DNA of 64,000 nt from Vicugna vicugna (GCA_013265495.1 MU058153.1:1180001-1244000); one strand, 5' to 3'. Positions 24,890 to 38,820 are shown, counted from the stretch's first letter. Made by a program: numbers and translations. The notes: generated by a model from the sequence alone, not told the origin.

Positions 24890-25600
24890 AATTTAATAAT
24901 TAAATATGAGAAAAAGGTAGAATATGTAGTATGCTGGATGATGGTAACTGCTACTGGGCAAGTTAAAGTAGGGGAGGAGGGTAAGAAGTGCCAGAGGAGA
25001 GTGGAGAGGGTGAGCAGAACTAAATGAGGGGGTCAGGGAAGCCCTGCAGACACGGCATCGTGTGTTCCTGTAGGACGAGAGTAGGAAAGCCGTGCAGAGA
25101 TTTGAAGACAGAGCAGTCCAGGGAGGAAGACGAGCAAGGCCAAGGTTCTGGGGCTGGAAGGCTTGGAACGCCATAATGTCAAAGGGAGGCTATGATGTCA
25201 AGCAGGAACAGGCTGGAGTTGAGTGAGTGAGGAGGGCAGTGATAGCAGATGGGTGAGCGCCGAGGTCCTCAGACTTGAGTATGTGTCAGAATCACCTGGA
25301 GGGCTGGTAAAAATATAGACTCCTAAGCCCCGTGCCCAGGCTTTCCGATTCATCAGGTCTGGGGAAGAGCCTAGAGAACTGCGTTTCTAATCAATTCCCA
25401 GATGGTGGGAGCGGGGCTGGAGGGCACAGTGAGGAACGTCACATCGAGAAACATTAGCTGAGACTGAGAAATAGTGGCCGACAGATCGTACTGAGCTTGA
25501 GAAGACGTTCTAAGGGTTTCAGTTTTTACTCTAACTGAAAAGCAAAGGGACTAGGGGGTTTTCATCAGAGAACTAGCTTAATCAAATGCACAAGTTTTGG
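24890..25600 (-). mobile_element. L2 fragment with nested MER5A-like MITE (about 25260-25440)
   Basis: L2 'gggtcagggaagccctg...gagcagtccagggaggaag'. MER5A 'tcagaatcacctggagggctggtaaaa...ccgattcatcaggtctgggg...tttctaatcaattcccag'. Confidence 0.7.
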
Positions 25601-26227
25601 CAAACAGTCTTTCTGACAAAATCGAGAAAGGTTGGACACCTTGGCTTCCTTCCTTCCTACATAATTTGATGTTGTTACAGTGTGTATGAACATTTCCAAA
25701 CATCTCAGCTCATTTGGTGAGACATATTTCACCTCACCATGTATACTCTAGATTTAGCATTCCAGCTTATTCACATGTTTGTGGTCCAATGAGTCAACAT
25801 CAACGTCAAGTATAGTATTATAATATTGCAGTCTGATTTAAAACCAAAGTCAACCCCAGTATAAATATAAACCAGGTCATTCAACAACAGGTAATCTGTT
25901 TTAAAAAAAAAAAGTTTTCTTTCCAATAGTTATGTTGGTATCCTATGGACGAGTTCATCACACTGGTGTTATCACTTTCTAAATATGACCTCCCACAAGT
26001 GTTAATTATGTTCCTGGGTGGTACAGAGGAACACGATTATTGCCATCGCTTTGTTGAACATTCGTGCTGTCTGTGATACTATACCACATTCAGAAAGGTA
26101 GCCTTCTTTTAAGAACAGGAAAAATAAATCCGTCCAACATTGTCTGATCGAAGTTTTCTGTTGTTTGATGCTGTGATAGTTTAAAGTGGTAAGCGTCATA
26201 GCATTTCTGTGGGTTTTTTTTTTTTAA

Positions 26228-26349
26228 AGACAGTCCCTGTTTTTTAATTGGTGTATTTAGATCATTAACATTTAAAGAGATTATTGATATAGTTGACTTA
26301 ATATCTATGTTATTTGCAACTTTTCTATTTATTATCTTTGTTCATTGTT
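26228..26349 (-). mobile_element. Old L1 (L1MC-type) fragment
   Basis: 'ttttaattggtgtatttagatcattaacatttaaagagattattgatatagttg'. Confidence 0.65.
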
Positions 26350-26742
26350 TATATATATATATATATTTTTGAGCTATAGTCAGTTTACAATGTTGTGTCA
26401 AATTCCAGTGCAGAGCACAACTTTTCAGTTATACATGAACATACATGTATTCATTGTCACATTCTTTTTCACTGTGAGCTACCACAAGATCTTGTATATA
26501 TTTCCCTGTGCTATACAGTGTAATCTTGTTTATCTATTCTACATATGCCTGTCAGTATCTACAAATTTCGAACTCCCAGTCTGTCCCTTCCCACTCCCCT
26601 CCCCTCTGGCAACCACAAGTTTGTATTCTATGTCTATGAGTCTGTTTCTGTTTTGTATTTATGTTCATTTTTTAATTAATTTATTTTATTTTACTTTTTT
26701 CATTTTTTTAGATTAGATTCCACATATGAGCGATCTCATATG
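26350..26742 (-). mobile_element. Young lineage-specific L1 3' end
   Basis: (AT)n/T tail, 'gtcagtttacaatgttgtgtca...ttccctgtgctatacag...ggcaaccacaagtttgtattctatgtctatgagtctgtttctg...agattccacatatgagcgat'. Confidence 0.9.
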
Positions 26743-27444
26743 GAGCCTTGATTTTGCACAACCTTGTTGAAGACAAGAGTTGTCAAAGAGCACGTATGAA
26801 GGACACCCTTCATGAGCGCTGTGATTCTAGCCAGTGGCCCCAGGCAGCCACTGTCATTGGTACAACTTTCTGGCCTGTTGCACTCTTTTTTTTTTTTTTT
26901 CACTATTAATGTTTCGCCAGTTAAAAACTGCAGCCCTAACATGAATTTCATTAAGCTTGATTTTTGAAGTTCTTGCTTATCTAAGCAGAACCTATTTTCT
27001 TTTTCTTTTTTTCCCTGTTTCTTTACATTAAAAAAAAAATCAATTCTTTGGAAATCAGTTCTCCAACGAAGATGGCTGTAACTCCAAATGTAAATAAATG
27101 TCGTCTCATACTACACCCACAAACCTAATTTCCCAGACTTTCTAGGATAAATTTTTCCCTGCAGCATTTGTCCTTTTGATTGCTTTGTAAGACTACCGCA
27201 CACTTTTACCAAAATAACATTTTCCGTATGGAACATACGCTTAGACACTGAAAGCAAAGGGCACTCAGACATTAGAGAAAACAGTATTTGCTCTGAGAGC
27301 AAGCTGCCTCCTCTTTGTTTTTACTCCTCCGAAGGCTTGTGTGCTGATATTTAACTGTAGCTTTCATAACTCATCAGCACCATTCTCTCTAACTTCTTGA
27401 ATTTCAAATAATAACTGACAATTTGCTTTAAAACCAAAGAGAAT

Positions 27445-28250
27445 GTCAATACTAGCTAACATTTATTGAGAGCTTACTATGTGCCGGGCACAAGGCTTTA
27501 TGTGTCTGTCCATTATTACCTTTTATCCCCATAATATCCTAGAAGTCAACTGCTTGAAAAGCTAAGTGTCCAGACAAAGCCACACAGCTAGAAAGCAGGG
27601 GAACAAAAATTCTAACTATGCTATTTGACTTCAGAATCTATCCTCTCAAATAAAATCAGCTGACACTGCTCATGTTTTAAGTATTTATCACTATTAAGCC
27701 ATAAAACTAATAAGCTGGAAAAAAACATGGCATAGTGAAGTAATGATCATTTTGGCAATTGTAATTATAACAACAGTAAAGAAACAATCATTATTATTAT
27801 TATTGGACATGGCATATAAACCAGGCAGTGTATTGAGTCATCTCACTTTATTGTCTCAACCATTGGGATCAGCAGACATTATGATACCATTTGGCAGATG
27901 AGGAAACTGAGACTCAGCTAAGTAATTTCCTTAGTTCACCTATATTATGCATGGTTGGACCATGATTTTCATTTATTCGGGTTCATAACCAGTAGCCCTA
28001 AGTCATTAGCACACATTCCTCAAAGTCTTATGAACACTTAGTGAATCACTGCGCGGTGCCAGGCACTCTCCTTACATACGTATTCGTTGATACTCAGAGT
28101 AAGCTTTGGAGGCAGGGATGTTTATTGTCACCATTTTGCAATTGAGGGGATGAAAGACTCCAAGAGGTGGAGTCTTATGTCCACAGCCACGTGGCTAAGG
28201 ATGAGGAACCAGGAGTCACTCAGAGTTCTAGGTTCCTCTACCCACGCGTT
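27445..28250 (-). mobile_element. Three consecutive MIR SINEs
   Basis: 'tagctaacatttattgagagcttactatgtgcc' (27453), 'ggcagatgaggaaactgagactcag' (27893), 'caccattttgcaattgagggg' (28129). Confidence 0.75.
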
Positions 28251-29366
28251 CTCCCAGCAGGAGAGATGCCATGATTATGATTGGAATATCTTGCCCTGTA
28301 TCCTGAATGCTCACGTGTGACTGATACTGAGATAGCCCCTCTGGCCATGCCTTTCTGAACAGAGAGTGAATCCCATACCCTTGTGTGAAAGAAAGGGATA
28401 GACATGCAGCTGTGCAAATCCTCCTCCTTAAGCAGGGGCTGGAGGGCAGGACAGAGAGCAAGGACAGAAAACAACCTGAAATGTTGTCCAGCTCCCAGAG
28501 AGTGATAATGAATTTAACCTTTGAGGTCAATTCTCCCTTCTCTCAGAGGCCAGCCGAGAAAGAGAATCAAAGGGATGCAGTGCTGCCCAGAGAAGGGACA
28601 CACAAAGGAACATAAGCATGTTGAACTGGCTTTTCTGTCAAGACCCACATGAATTAGTTGGGATCTCCTGTTGTTTTGGGAGTGGAGTTCCCAAGTCCCC
28701 AAATTCAGAACATTAAGTCACTCCTACCAGATACAGGTAAGCCAAGCTAGGGTTTTCTGACCTAGAGAATGTTCTAATTATCCTAAAACAAATAACTTTG
28801 TATGAATCAATAAGATAGCCATCGTTTGAAATGCAAACTCTGCTTAGCTTATATTAGATGCTCTATAAATCAAAGCAAATATTTAACCATGCCATCCCAG
28901 ACTGTTCATGATCTGAACCCTTAACTACGTTTATAAGTTTCTTTACTCCCTTCTTTTCTCTACCATGTTGTCAAGATACACTGAAGTGAATTATATATAA
29001 TGAGTCTCTTTGATCGAGAGGATTCAGCTGTCATTTCATTGTTTTTACCTTCCCTTTTTTTGCTTCACCTTATTCCTGTTTTCTGAAACAGAGTTCATAT
29101 GCCATCTTGACTTAGTAGCTTTCTGGTTGTTAGTGACGGAAATTAATTCATATTCCCTTAGGCAAAAGAAGGGGAGTTAAACTGTCTTCACCACATTCAA
29201 TTCGTTAAGGAAAGAACTAGAACTGAGGTCTAAATAGTTGTGGAGTCTAATTCGCAGAATATGCTGCCCACGGTTTCTTGGTTCACAGGGAAACATGAAA
29301 CAGGTCTCTTCTCACTTGTAGATGGACTCAGCTCTCATTTAGTCACAATTCCAAATCCCTGTAAAC

Positions 29367-30809
29367 TTTTTTTTTAAACTGAAGTATAATCAATTTACAA
29401 TGCTGTGTTAATTTCTGGTGTACAGCATTGTGATTCATTTACACACACACACATATATTCCTTTTAATATTCTTTTTCATTATAAGGTATTGAATGTAGT
29501 TCCCTGTGCCATAGAGTAGGACCTTGTTCTTGATCTATTTTATATATAGTAGTTTGTATCTCCTAATTTGTCCCTCCCTACCCCCTTTCACTTTCCCCCT
29601 AGGTAACCATATGTTTGTTTTCAATGTCTGTTTTTGTTTTGTAAATAAATTCATCTGTGTCTTTTTTTTTTTTTTAGATTCCACACATGAGTGATATCAC
29701 ATGATATTTTTCATTTTCTTTCTGGCTTTCTTCTCTTAGAATGATGATCTGCAGATCCATCCATGATACTGGAAATGGCATTATTTTGTTCTTTTTTATG
29801 GCTGAGTAGTATTCCATTGTATAAATATACCACAACTTCTTTGTCCAGTCATCTGCCAATGGACATTTAGGTTGCTTCCATGTCTTGGCTATTGTGAATA
29901 GTGTGGCCATGAATATTGAGGTGGGTGGATCTTTTCAAATTAGACTTTCCTCCAGATATATGCCCAGGAGTGGGATTGCTGGATCATAGGTAAATCTATT
30001 TTCAGTTGTTTAAGGAGTCTCTGTACTGTCTTCCATAATGGCTGCATCAAACTACATTCCTACCAACAGTGTAGGAGTTTTTCTCCACACCCTCTCCAGC
30101 TTTTATCATTTGTGGACTTTCTAATGATGGCTATTCTGACTGGTGTGAGGTGATACCTCATTGTAGTTTAGATTTGCATTTCTTTGATAATTAACAATAT
30201 TGAGCATTTTTTCCTGTGCCTATAGGCCATTTGTATATCTTTGTTGGAGCAATGCTTGTTTAGCTCTTCTGCTCATGTTTGGACTGGTGGTTTTGTTTGT
30301 TTTTTTTGTTTGTTTGCTTGTTTTGTTATCGAGCCATATAAGCTGTTTGTATATTCTGGAAATTAAGCCCATTTTGGTTGCATCATTTGCAAATGTTTTC
30401 TCCCAGTCCATAGGTTGTATTTTCATTTTGTTTATGTTTTCTTTGCTATGGAAAAGCTCAAAAGTTTAATTAGGTCCCATTTATTTATTTTTGCTTTATC
30501 TCTTTTGCCTTAGTAGACTGCCCAGGAGAACATTGCTACAATTTATATCAGAGAATGTTTTGCCTATGTTCTAGAAGAGATTTATGGTATCTTATGTTTA
30601 AGTCTTAAGCCATTTTGAGTTTATTTTCACGTGTGGTGTGAAGCAGTGTTCTAATTCCATTGATTTACGTGCAACTATCCAGCTTTCCCAACAGCACTAG
30701 TAGAAGAGACTGTCTTTTCTCCGTTGTATATTCTTGCCTCCTTAGTTGGAGATTAGTTGACCATAGGTGTGTGAGTTTATTTCTGGGCTCTCTATTCTGA
30801 TCCATTGAT
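29367..30809 (-). mobile_element. Lineage-specific L1, 3' 1.4 kb (ORF2 C-terminus + 3'UTR)
   Basis: ORF2 C-terminal remnants (LFTIAKTWKQPKCP..DDW.KKLWYIYTMEYYSAIKKN; WEKTFANDAT.MGLISRIYKQL), poly(T) at left, degenerate TSD ccaaatccctgtaaactt (29351-29368) / ccaaatagcagtaatctt (30810-30827). Confidence 0.93.
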
Positions 30810-32459
30810 CCAAATAGCAGTAATCTTGATTCAAATTGACCCAACTAGCATTTTTGATCAGTCGGGGTGGGAGAGGTGAGATGGGTAGAATAATTCTCCA
30901 TTACCTTGGCTCAAAAGAACTCACCCAAAGAGAAAGGGCAGGTAACACATAAAGGGCAGGCAGTTGTCTGGTGGGCTCTATATACCCAGTAAAGTTGCCC
31001 GTTGACATTGAAGGGTGACTCACTCTGTGTCAAGTACTCTTTTATATGCTTTAAATATACTACCTCATTCATCCACTAGAAATTATTAGAAATCCCACTT
31101 TTTGGATGAAAGCACTGAGTCACTGAACGTTCAAGTGACTCCACATGAGTCGCACTGCCAACAAATGACAGTCAGGAGTCATACAGAGCCTCCCCGACCC
31201 CCTCCACCCCAACTCATTCTGCACTTGTGACTCTGCTACATTTGTCTCTGGCAATGGAACTTTCTCCAAGTGTTCAGAAGCTACGGGTCTTTGGCGTCTC
31301 TAAATTCCCCTATTCTATCTTTCCCTTCAGTATAGGCCGTTTCTTACCATTCTAGTATGATAGTCACTATTTGTGTATATTTTTAGTTGTCTGTCTATAT
31401 TATAAGCATCTTAAGGACAGGGGCCTTATGTCATTCATCACTGTGTCTTCCACAGCACCCACCCTAACACAGTTCCGTATGATTGATATGCCCTTCCTAA
31501 GTTGTTTTTGACTGCATGGACAAATCCATGAGATCCTAGTTGGTGTTGTTGGTGTTCATTCTTAGTTGGTAGCAATAATAACAACTATGCTCACTGAATG
31601 CTCTCTGAGCACAGGGCCCTGTGCAACTACTTTGCATTAACTCCCCTTAGATTTATGGGATACGTCCCACTAGTGAGCCCATTCATTCTGAGAGAACCTG
31701 GGTGTAGCATGTATCTAATATAAAATGAGACTATTAGGATTTAAAACCACACCTTTCTGATTCTAATACTGTGTTCTTAAGTACTATGACATCCTATCAA
31801 CTATTATTTATTTTTTACATTATAAGACTGTTTATTGGAGGTAACACTTGGGGACAATATTTCTGGATGATTGAACATCCTGATTAATAGGATAGTAAAA
31901 TGTGAATTGCAGAAATCAGAATTTTAGCATTCTAGTAAAGTCTGAAAACTTGCAGCTTAAAAAATATTTTAAGAATGATCCTAATTCTTGGCATTTGCTT
32001 TTTAATATGCCTAGTCTGGAATGTTCAACCAAAGTTCCACATTTTTTTTAAATTGCTCTACTAAAAATTGGTTGCTTCAGGATGTTAAAACAAACACTTT
32101 GAGTCTTTGCTTTAAATTTTAAAAATACAATGTATTTTGATAAATAAAGCTTATTTTAGTCAACTGAAGCAGAATTGTAAGCAGACATCTCAAAGATCAG
32201 GTTCTGCAATGTCAAGCTGGAACCTCTTTCTTTAGTGAGGTTTTGGACGATGAGCAACACCGGGTTACTAGAAAGACAATGTATAGAGAAATTCAAGGTT
32301 GGAGCCATTCTCCACTGTGTGAATTATGTATTGTTTTACTTCTGGCTATTTCAATACAGTGTTTCCTAAATCAGTGGTTTACTTTTACCCTGTTATCTTT
32401 ACAGAAAATATAACTTCATTAATTTATTCATTCAACAATTACTCTGCTCAATAAGTATA

Positions 32460-33270
32460 CAGTCTCAATTTCCCCTTTCTTTCTTGACCTCTCAACGACA
32501 GCTAACATTGCTGGGGTTTCCCTTTTTTAAAATTCCTTTTCTTACTTTCTATGGTCCCCCTGACTCCATTTTTATTCTGTCTGACTAATAATCTTTTTCT
32601 TTTTTAGTGGAGGTGCTGGGGATTGAACCCACGATCTTGTGCATGCTGACCACCTGACCACATTTCCGTCTTATTTACTTGCTTATCTCACTCTGCTGTG
32701 CCATTTGTGGTTGAAGTTCCCCAAGTCTCAATCCTAAACCTTCTACATTTCTCATGTTATTTATATTCTCCCTATGCAATTTGACCGTCATCCATAGACA
32801 GATAATTTACGAATATGTAATTCTAGCACTGACTTCTGTTTGTACTGTAGACCTCTATATTGAACTGTCTTCTCAACATCCATTTAGATGGTTCAGTTGC
32901 AGTTCATATTTAATTTTTCTAAAGGCCAACTCGTTATTTTATTTTCCAAAAATTTTGAAACTCATAATTTGAATTCAAAGAGTATGATGCTGCCATCCCT
33001 CCATTTGTGCAACCCTAAGATGGGGGATCAGGACAACTTCCTGCTCTTTGCCTCCCCACATATGGACTCCATCCGCAAACCCTCTTGCTTTAACCCACCA
33101 AACATCCCTGTTCTGTCCATATGTTTCCATTTTTCTCACCACCGCCATCTGATCATATCACCACTCCTGATCAAAATCCTTCAACTCTTTCCTCTTTTTC
33201 TTAAAGATAAAGTTATAATGGGTTTTAAGACTATGCTTTGCCTGCCCCTGCTTTCAATTTCAACTTATAT
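32460..33270 (+). mobile_element. L2 fragment (continues at 35120 after L1 insertion)
   Basis: Pyrimidine-rich L2 ORF-end features: 'ttcttgacctctcaacgacagctaaca', 'gaagttccccaagtctcaatcctaaacc', 'tctcaacatccatttagatgg'. Confidence 0.65.
32594..32648 (-). mobile_element. Camelid tRNA-derived SINE, 5'-truncated
   Basis: 'tttttagtggaggtgctggggattgaacccacgatcttgtgcatgct' is the B-box half of the same SINE family. Confidence 0.8.
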
Positions 33271-33289
33271 CTTTCTGTAAATTTGTAAG

Positions 33290-35095
33290 CAAACATGTCA
33301 GTCAAGTACAACACATTACAGAAATGTGTGCCAACCTTAGGTGTGCAGCTCGATTAATACTCATGAAGTCAATGAACCCACGAAGCAGGTTCCTAGAATG
33401 AAGAAACAAAACATTTCTTGTACCTAGATGTGTCCTTCCTGCACACTTTGGTCACCACTCCACAAGGGGGACGCCTGTCTTGACCTCTGCAAATGCACAG
33501 TAGCATAGGAGTGTTGCCTGTCTTCCCACTTTCTATAAATGGACATTTATGGTGTATAATTTATAAATCTGCTGCCTTTTGTTCAAAATTAACTTGTTCC
33601 CACTACACTGAAATAGCTCTTCATCATACATAAGTTGATTATGTCCATTGGTTTATTTCTGCCCTAATTCCTCTGTTCCATCAATTGGTCTATTTTATTC
33701 TTGCACCAACACCATACATTGTTATGTATACTGACACACGATTTATTCTGTTGCCATGTGAAATTCATTGTACAGATATACCACACTTTTTAAATCCTCT
33801 GTGCTGTTGATGGAAATATGGGTTGTTTGCAGATTTTAACCATTCCAAATAATGCTGCTGTGAGCATTCTTGTATGTGTCTCTTGGTAAATAAACCTATG
33901 CCATTCTGTGAGGTTTATGTCTAGATAGAGGGCGTGTATATGTCTGCTTTAGCATAGATTTCTGATTTTTTTCCAAAATGCCAGTTTACACTCCCACCAG
34001 CATTATTTCAGTGTTTCACTTTCCTGACACTTGGTATTTTCTGTTCATTTTAACAGTGGCTATGCAGTAATATCAAATTGGGTCTTAATTTGTATTTCCC
34101 CAGTGACTAATGAAGTTGAGTGCCTTTCATTTGTTTATTGACTATTTGGATACCCTCTTTATGTAGTGCCTGCCCAAGCTTTTTGCTCAATTTTTCTATT
34201 GTATTTTTGGCAGTTTCAAATGGATTTAAGGGTTGTTGCTTTTTTTTTTTTTCCATTTATTCTGGCTAGGAGTCCTTTGTTGAAAACACATATTGCAGAA
34301 TCCTTTCCCAGTCTGTGCCTTTCCTCTTCACTCTCATAATGGTGCATTTTGATGAATAATAATCATTTTTAAAATGTATTCTGATTTAGCCTTTTTTGTG
34401 GTTAGTCTTTTCTGTGATCTATTTCTTAAATCTTTATCTACTCAAAATAGAGTAATAGTCTATTTTTTTTCCTAAAATCTTTATTGTTTTGCCTTTCACA
34501 ATTAGATCAAAACCCCACCTGGGACTATAGTTTGTTTTCTATTTTTTTTTCTCTATAAGGCAGGTAATATGGTTCAAGAAACTTCTTCCATACAACTGAC
34601 CTGTCATCATTTATCAAAGGACTGTGCCTTTCCCTACACCACTGAAATACTCCTTTTGTTATGAATCAAGTGATTGTTTATGTGTGAGTCTATTCTGGAC
34701 TCACTGACCAATTGGTCTAATGGTCTGTACCTCCACCAATATCACCGTGTTTTAACTTCTATGGCTTTATAATCAATTTTGGTATCTGGCACTACAGCAT
34801 GTATGGTTTGTTCTATAACTGCTTTGCATTTGCATTTCCACGGGCATTTTAGAATCAGCTTTCCCATCTCAACATAAATTGCTAAAATTTCCTTTGGGAT
34901 TTTATTGACTCTATAGAACCACTTGAAGAGGATGTATATCCTACAATGCCGAATCTTCTAGTACATAAAAAATATCCCTCCATCCATTTAGGTGTACCTT
35001 GATTTATCTCAATTATTTTTTTTAGTTTTCAGTCTAGAGGTTTTTCACATCTTCCATTCGATTCATTTCTAGGCATTAGGGTTTTTTATGCTTCT
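33290..35095 (-). mobile_element. Old L1 (L1ME-type) 3' 1.8 kb
   Basis: 3'UTR 'aagtacaacacattacagaaatgtgtg...gtgtgcagctcgat'. ORF2 remnants 'tgttgatggaaatatgggttgttt', 'ttaatttgtatttccccagtgactaatgaagttgag'. Confidence 0.82.
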
Positions 35096-35119
35096 TAAAA
35101 AATAGAATTGTGGATTTGC

Positions 35120-35592
35120 TGCTGTCCAGCCCCTTTCTTGATCTTAATTTCTCTCTCTGTTCAACACACACTGGCTTTTTTCCATTCCCTCAAGTTTTTC
35201 TCCTTCAACAGGCCTTTGTCTTCTGCCATGCCTCTTCTTGCAATAATTTCCTTCTGAATTTCCCTCTTCACACAACTAACCCCTATGCACTCTTTACATT
35301 TCAGCTCAATTTCATGTCCTCAGGGACGCCTTCCTCGACCTACCTTAGATATGACCTCCCTATTTAATCGACTATGGCAATTCCTAACTTTTCTCTCACA
35401 TTACTTCTCACAGTTGAAAGTTTCTGTGTGTCTTTGTAATCATTTGATTTATGCTTAGTAGGTTCCATAAGGGCAGGACCACATCTGTTTCTTTTCACCC
35501 TACTATCTGCAGGGCCAAGGAAAACAACTGGTCCACAGTAGGATTCAAATAAAGGTTTTTTTTTTCGGTGAATGAATGAATGAATGGATGGA
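35120..35592 (+). mobile_element. L2 3' end
   Basis: 'ggttccataagggcaggaccacatctgttt...ctggtccacagtaggattcaaataaa...(gaat)n'. Confidence 0.8.
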
Positions 35593-36784
35593 TTGAGCTT
35601 CAACTTTGTTCCAGGCACTTTGCAAGGATCTGGGAATACAGAAGTGAACCAAACATAATTATCCTTGCTCTCTTTGTTTTCAAAAGCTTCCCTCACCATT
35701 AAAAAATACAAAATATCATCACAGTCTACACTAATAATACCCAACTTCCTGATCTCTGAATTTATGTTTTCTTCTCTAATCTCCCAAACTTTACCGTATA
35801 CTTTATAATAACAATTTTAATAGTTATTCATAGTAGGGATTTCACACTAAAGCTTTAAGAAAATGAAGAGACATTTATATATATATATACACACACAGAT
35901 ATATATTCAGTAAGAAGGTAAGAGAGACTCTCTTAGCTCTTGGCTGATGATCACAATTTTAATTGTAATTTCATAACATTCAATAAGCTTGTGTAGAAAA
36001 ATAACTCCATTGTCATCTAGTCTGGCTCTCTCTATTGTGGGAATCTTCTCCACAGAGTACCTGATATAAAATCATCAAGACTCAGCTTGAACATTTGAAG
36101 TGGCAGGAATTATTTTTTTCTGGTCCTGTGTGACATTGATATTGCACCAATAAAGATTTGCAGGAAACTTAGCATCAGCAGCAGTGAGACTGGGATAACA
36201 AGGCAAGAATAGGAAAAAGCCTTACTTCAGTGTTACTTGTTAGGGATTTTGAGAGTGATAATTAATCACATCCCTTCCCATCTGGATTCTGAATCAAGCA
36301 AGAAACAGAAAGTGCCATTAGGTAGTGATCAAAATATCAGCTTTATTGCTATTAAAGCTAGATTGGAATCCATTGTTTTGTATACAGTGAAAAATGGGGC
36401 TTATTTCTACTTCCCCCAAATCAACACCCACCTGAAGGGGAAACATGAATATCAGAAACTGATTCTCCAGTTTGGCGGGCACTTAATGCACAGATAAAGG
36501 GAAAACACATGTGTATGTGGATTTTAAGTTATTGATTCCAGCCCAGCAAGAATGGGTGTTAGATATGCACTGATTCATCAGTCAGATAAATCAGCCTTCT
36601 TCCCAAAGGGAGGAATAAAAGGCAAGAAAAGGGAGACCCCAGGGCAGTGTTAAGCCCCTTTTTATCTGAGTAAAACGCATTTCCTCTCAAGGAAATGCAA
36701 GAATATATGAACAGCGTTCTACTTACTATATTTTACATGTCTATGGTGTAACTATCAGCATATATTAAAAGCTGTTATAAACCA

Positions 36785-37754
36785 CAAAATGGGGGGGGGT
36801 ATTTGCAAATAATAAATCTGTTAAGTGACTGATATTCAGAACATATAAAGAAGTCCTGCAATTCAACAACAACAACAAAAACGAACAAACTGATTTAAAA
36901 ATGGGCAAAGAACCTGAGCAGACATTTCTCCAGAGGAAACAAACGAGTGACCAGAAAGTGCACAAAAAGATACTCCACACCATTCATCATTAGGGAAATG
37001 CAAATCAAAACCATAATAAGTTATCAATTCATATGCATTGGAATGGCTATTATAAAAAAAAACAGAAAATAACCAATGTTGATAAGGATATGCAAGAATC
37101 AGAACCCTTGTGTATTGCTGGTAAGAATGCAAAGTGGTGCAGCCACTGTGAGAGTCATTTTAATGATTTCTCAAAAATTTAAACATAGAATTACCATATG
37201 GTCCAGCAATCTTACCTTTAAGTATACACACAAAATAACTGAAAGCGGGGTTTTGAGGACATATTTGTGTACTTACACTCATAACAGCACTGTGCACAAC
37301 AGCCAAAAAGTGGAAGCAACCCATGTTCCATCTGCAGATGAATAAACAATGCAGTATTTACATACAATAGAATACCACGCAGCCTTTAAAAGGAAGGAAT
37401 TTTTGACACAGGCTACAACACGAATGAACCTTGAAGACATTATTCAGAGTGTAATAAGCTAGTCACAAAAGGAAAACAGTGATTCTTCTTATATGGGGTT
37501 CACAGAGTAATCAAATTCACAGAGACAGATAATGGAATAGTGATTGTCAAGGGCTGAGGACAGTGGGAATAGAGAGTTTGTGTTTAATGGGTACAGAGTT
37601 TCAGCTGAGGAAGATAAAAAATTCTGGAGATGGATAGTGATGATGTTTGGACAATAATGTGAATGTACTTTATGCCACAGAACTACACACACTTGAAAAT
37701 GGTTAAAATGGTACATTTCACATTATGCATATTTTCCCACAATAAAAAAAAAAA
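36785..37754 (+). mobile_element. L1MB-type LINE-1 3' end
   Basis: 'aaaatgggcaaagaacctgagcagacatttctcc', 'cattagggaaatgcaaatcaaaacca', 3'UTR 'ttctggagatggatagtgatgatg...aaaatggttaaaatggta', poly(A). Confidence 0.9.
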
Positions 37755-38554
37755 GCAGTGAGAGAGACTGTAGCATTGTCTCCGTAATTAAATACTCTCA
37801 AAGATTAAAAACTAACAAACCAATTATAAGGAAAACTGATGTTTACTGTACAGCTATATTTCTATAGAGGTTAATTTGGGAAATGCTTATTTTGTGAACA
37901 TACACTAATAACATGTATATAAGTGGCAAGCCTCCATGTGACGTGAAATATGTAATTGAACTGAACAAAATTGTATATATTTATGAACAATTGTTAAAGT
38001 GAGACCTCTGTGTATCCACTAGGAACAGCTAAAATCTTGCCTTCCTTTCACTTCATCAATACTTATTTATTGAGCTCTTCCTCTGTGTCAGGAATTGTGC
38101 GAGGCTGTGGTTATTCAGTGGGAAGCAAGCTAAGCATAAAATCCATTTCCCTAAAGCGTCTGTTCTCATGAGGAAGACACAGAGCAACAAAGATAAGAGA
38201 TACGTAAATTATTTTTTCACGTTGTAATGAGAATCATATAATTAATAAATAAGAAGTTAAGCTAGATGCCAACAAAGGGAGATCCACTTTGGGTAGGGCG
38301 GTCAAGGAGGTCTTCTCTGCAGAGGTAGATTTTAAGCGAAAATGTAAATGATGAAAATAAACTACCCACACAATCAACAGAGAGAATATCCCACGCACAG
38401 AAGAAAGCCTGTGTAAAGGCTCGGAAGTGATAAAGAGCTTGGCCTGGTCAGGAGTCTGAAAAGCAATGTGGCTAGAAAGTGGTGAGCCACATGCATGTGA
38501 AGTGGTGAACAAGGGATTGTGTGGGTCTGAGGAGCTTAGCAGCAGCTGGTACCA

Positions 38555-38724
38555 GCATTTTACCCTACGACTTTCTGCCTTGTTGGTGGCCACTAGCCAC
38601 CTGGGGCTACTGAGTATCTGAAATGTGGCTAGAAAAGCTGAATGACTTAATTTTTAAATTTTATTTAATTTCAGTTGAATTAGATTTGAATTTAAGCTAA
38701 GGATCATTGTACTGAACAGTACAG
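38555..38724. mobile_element. hAT-Charlie MITE, MER3-like
   Basis: 'ggtggccactagccacctggggctactgagtatctgaaatgtggctag...tttttaaattttatttaattt'. Confidence 0.8.
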
Positions 38725-38820
38725 GGGTCTTTCATGCAGGACCACCCAGACAAGTTATGAAAGCAATGGAGAAAGTAATGGAGAGCCATTGAAGTAAGGG
38801 AGTGATGAGAGCCAATGCAT

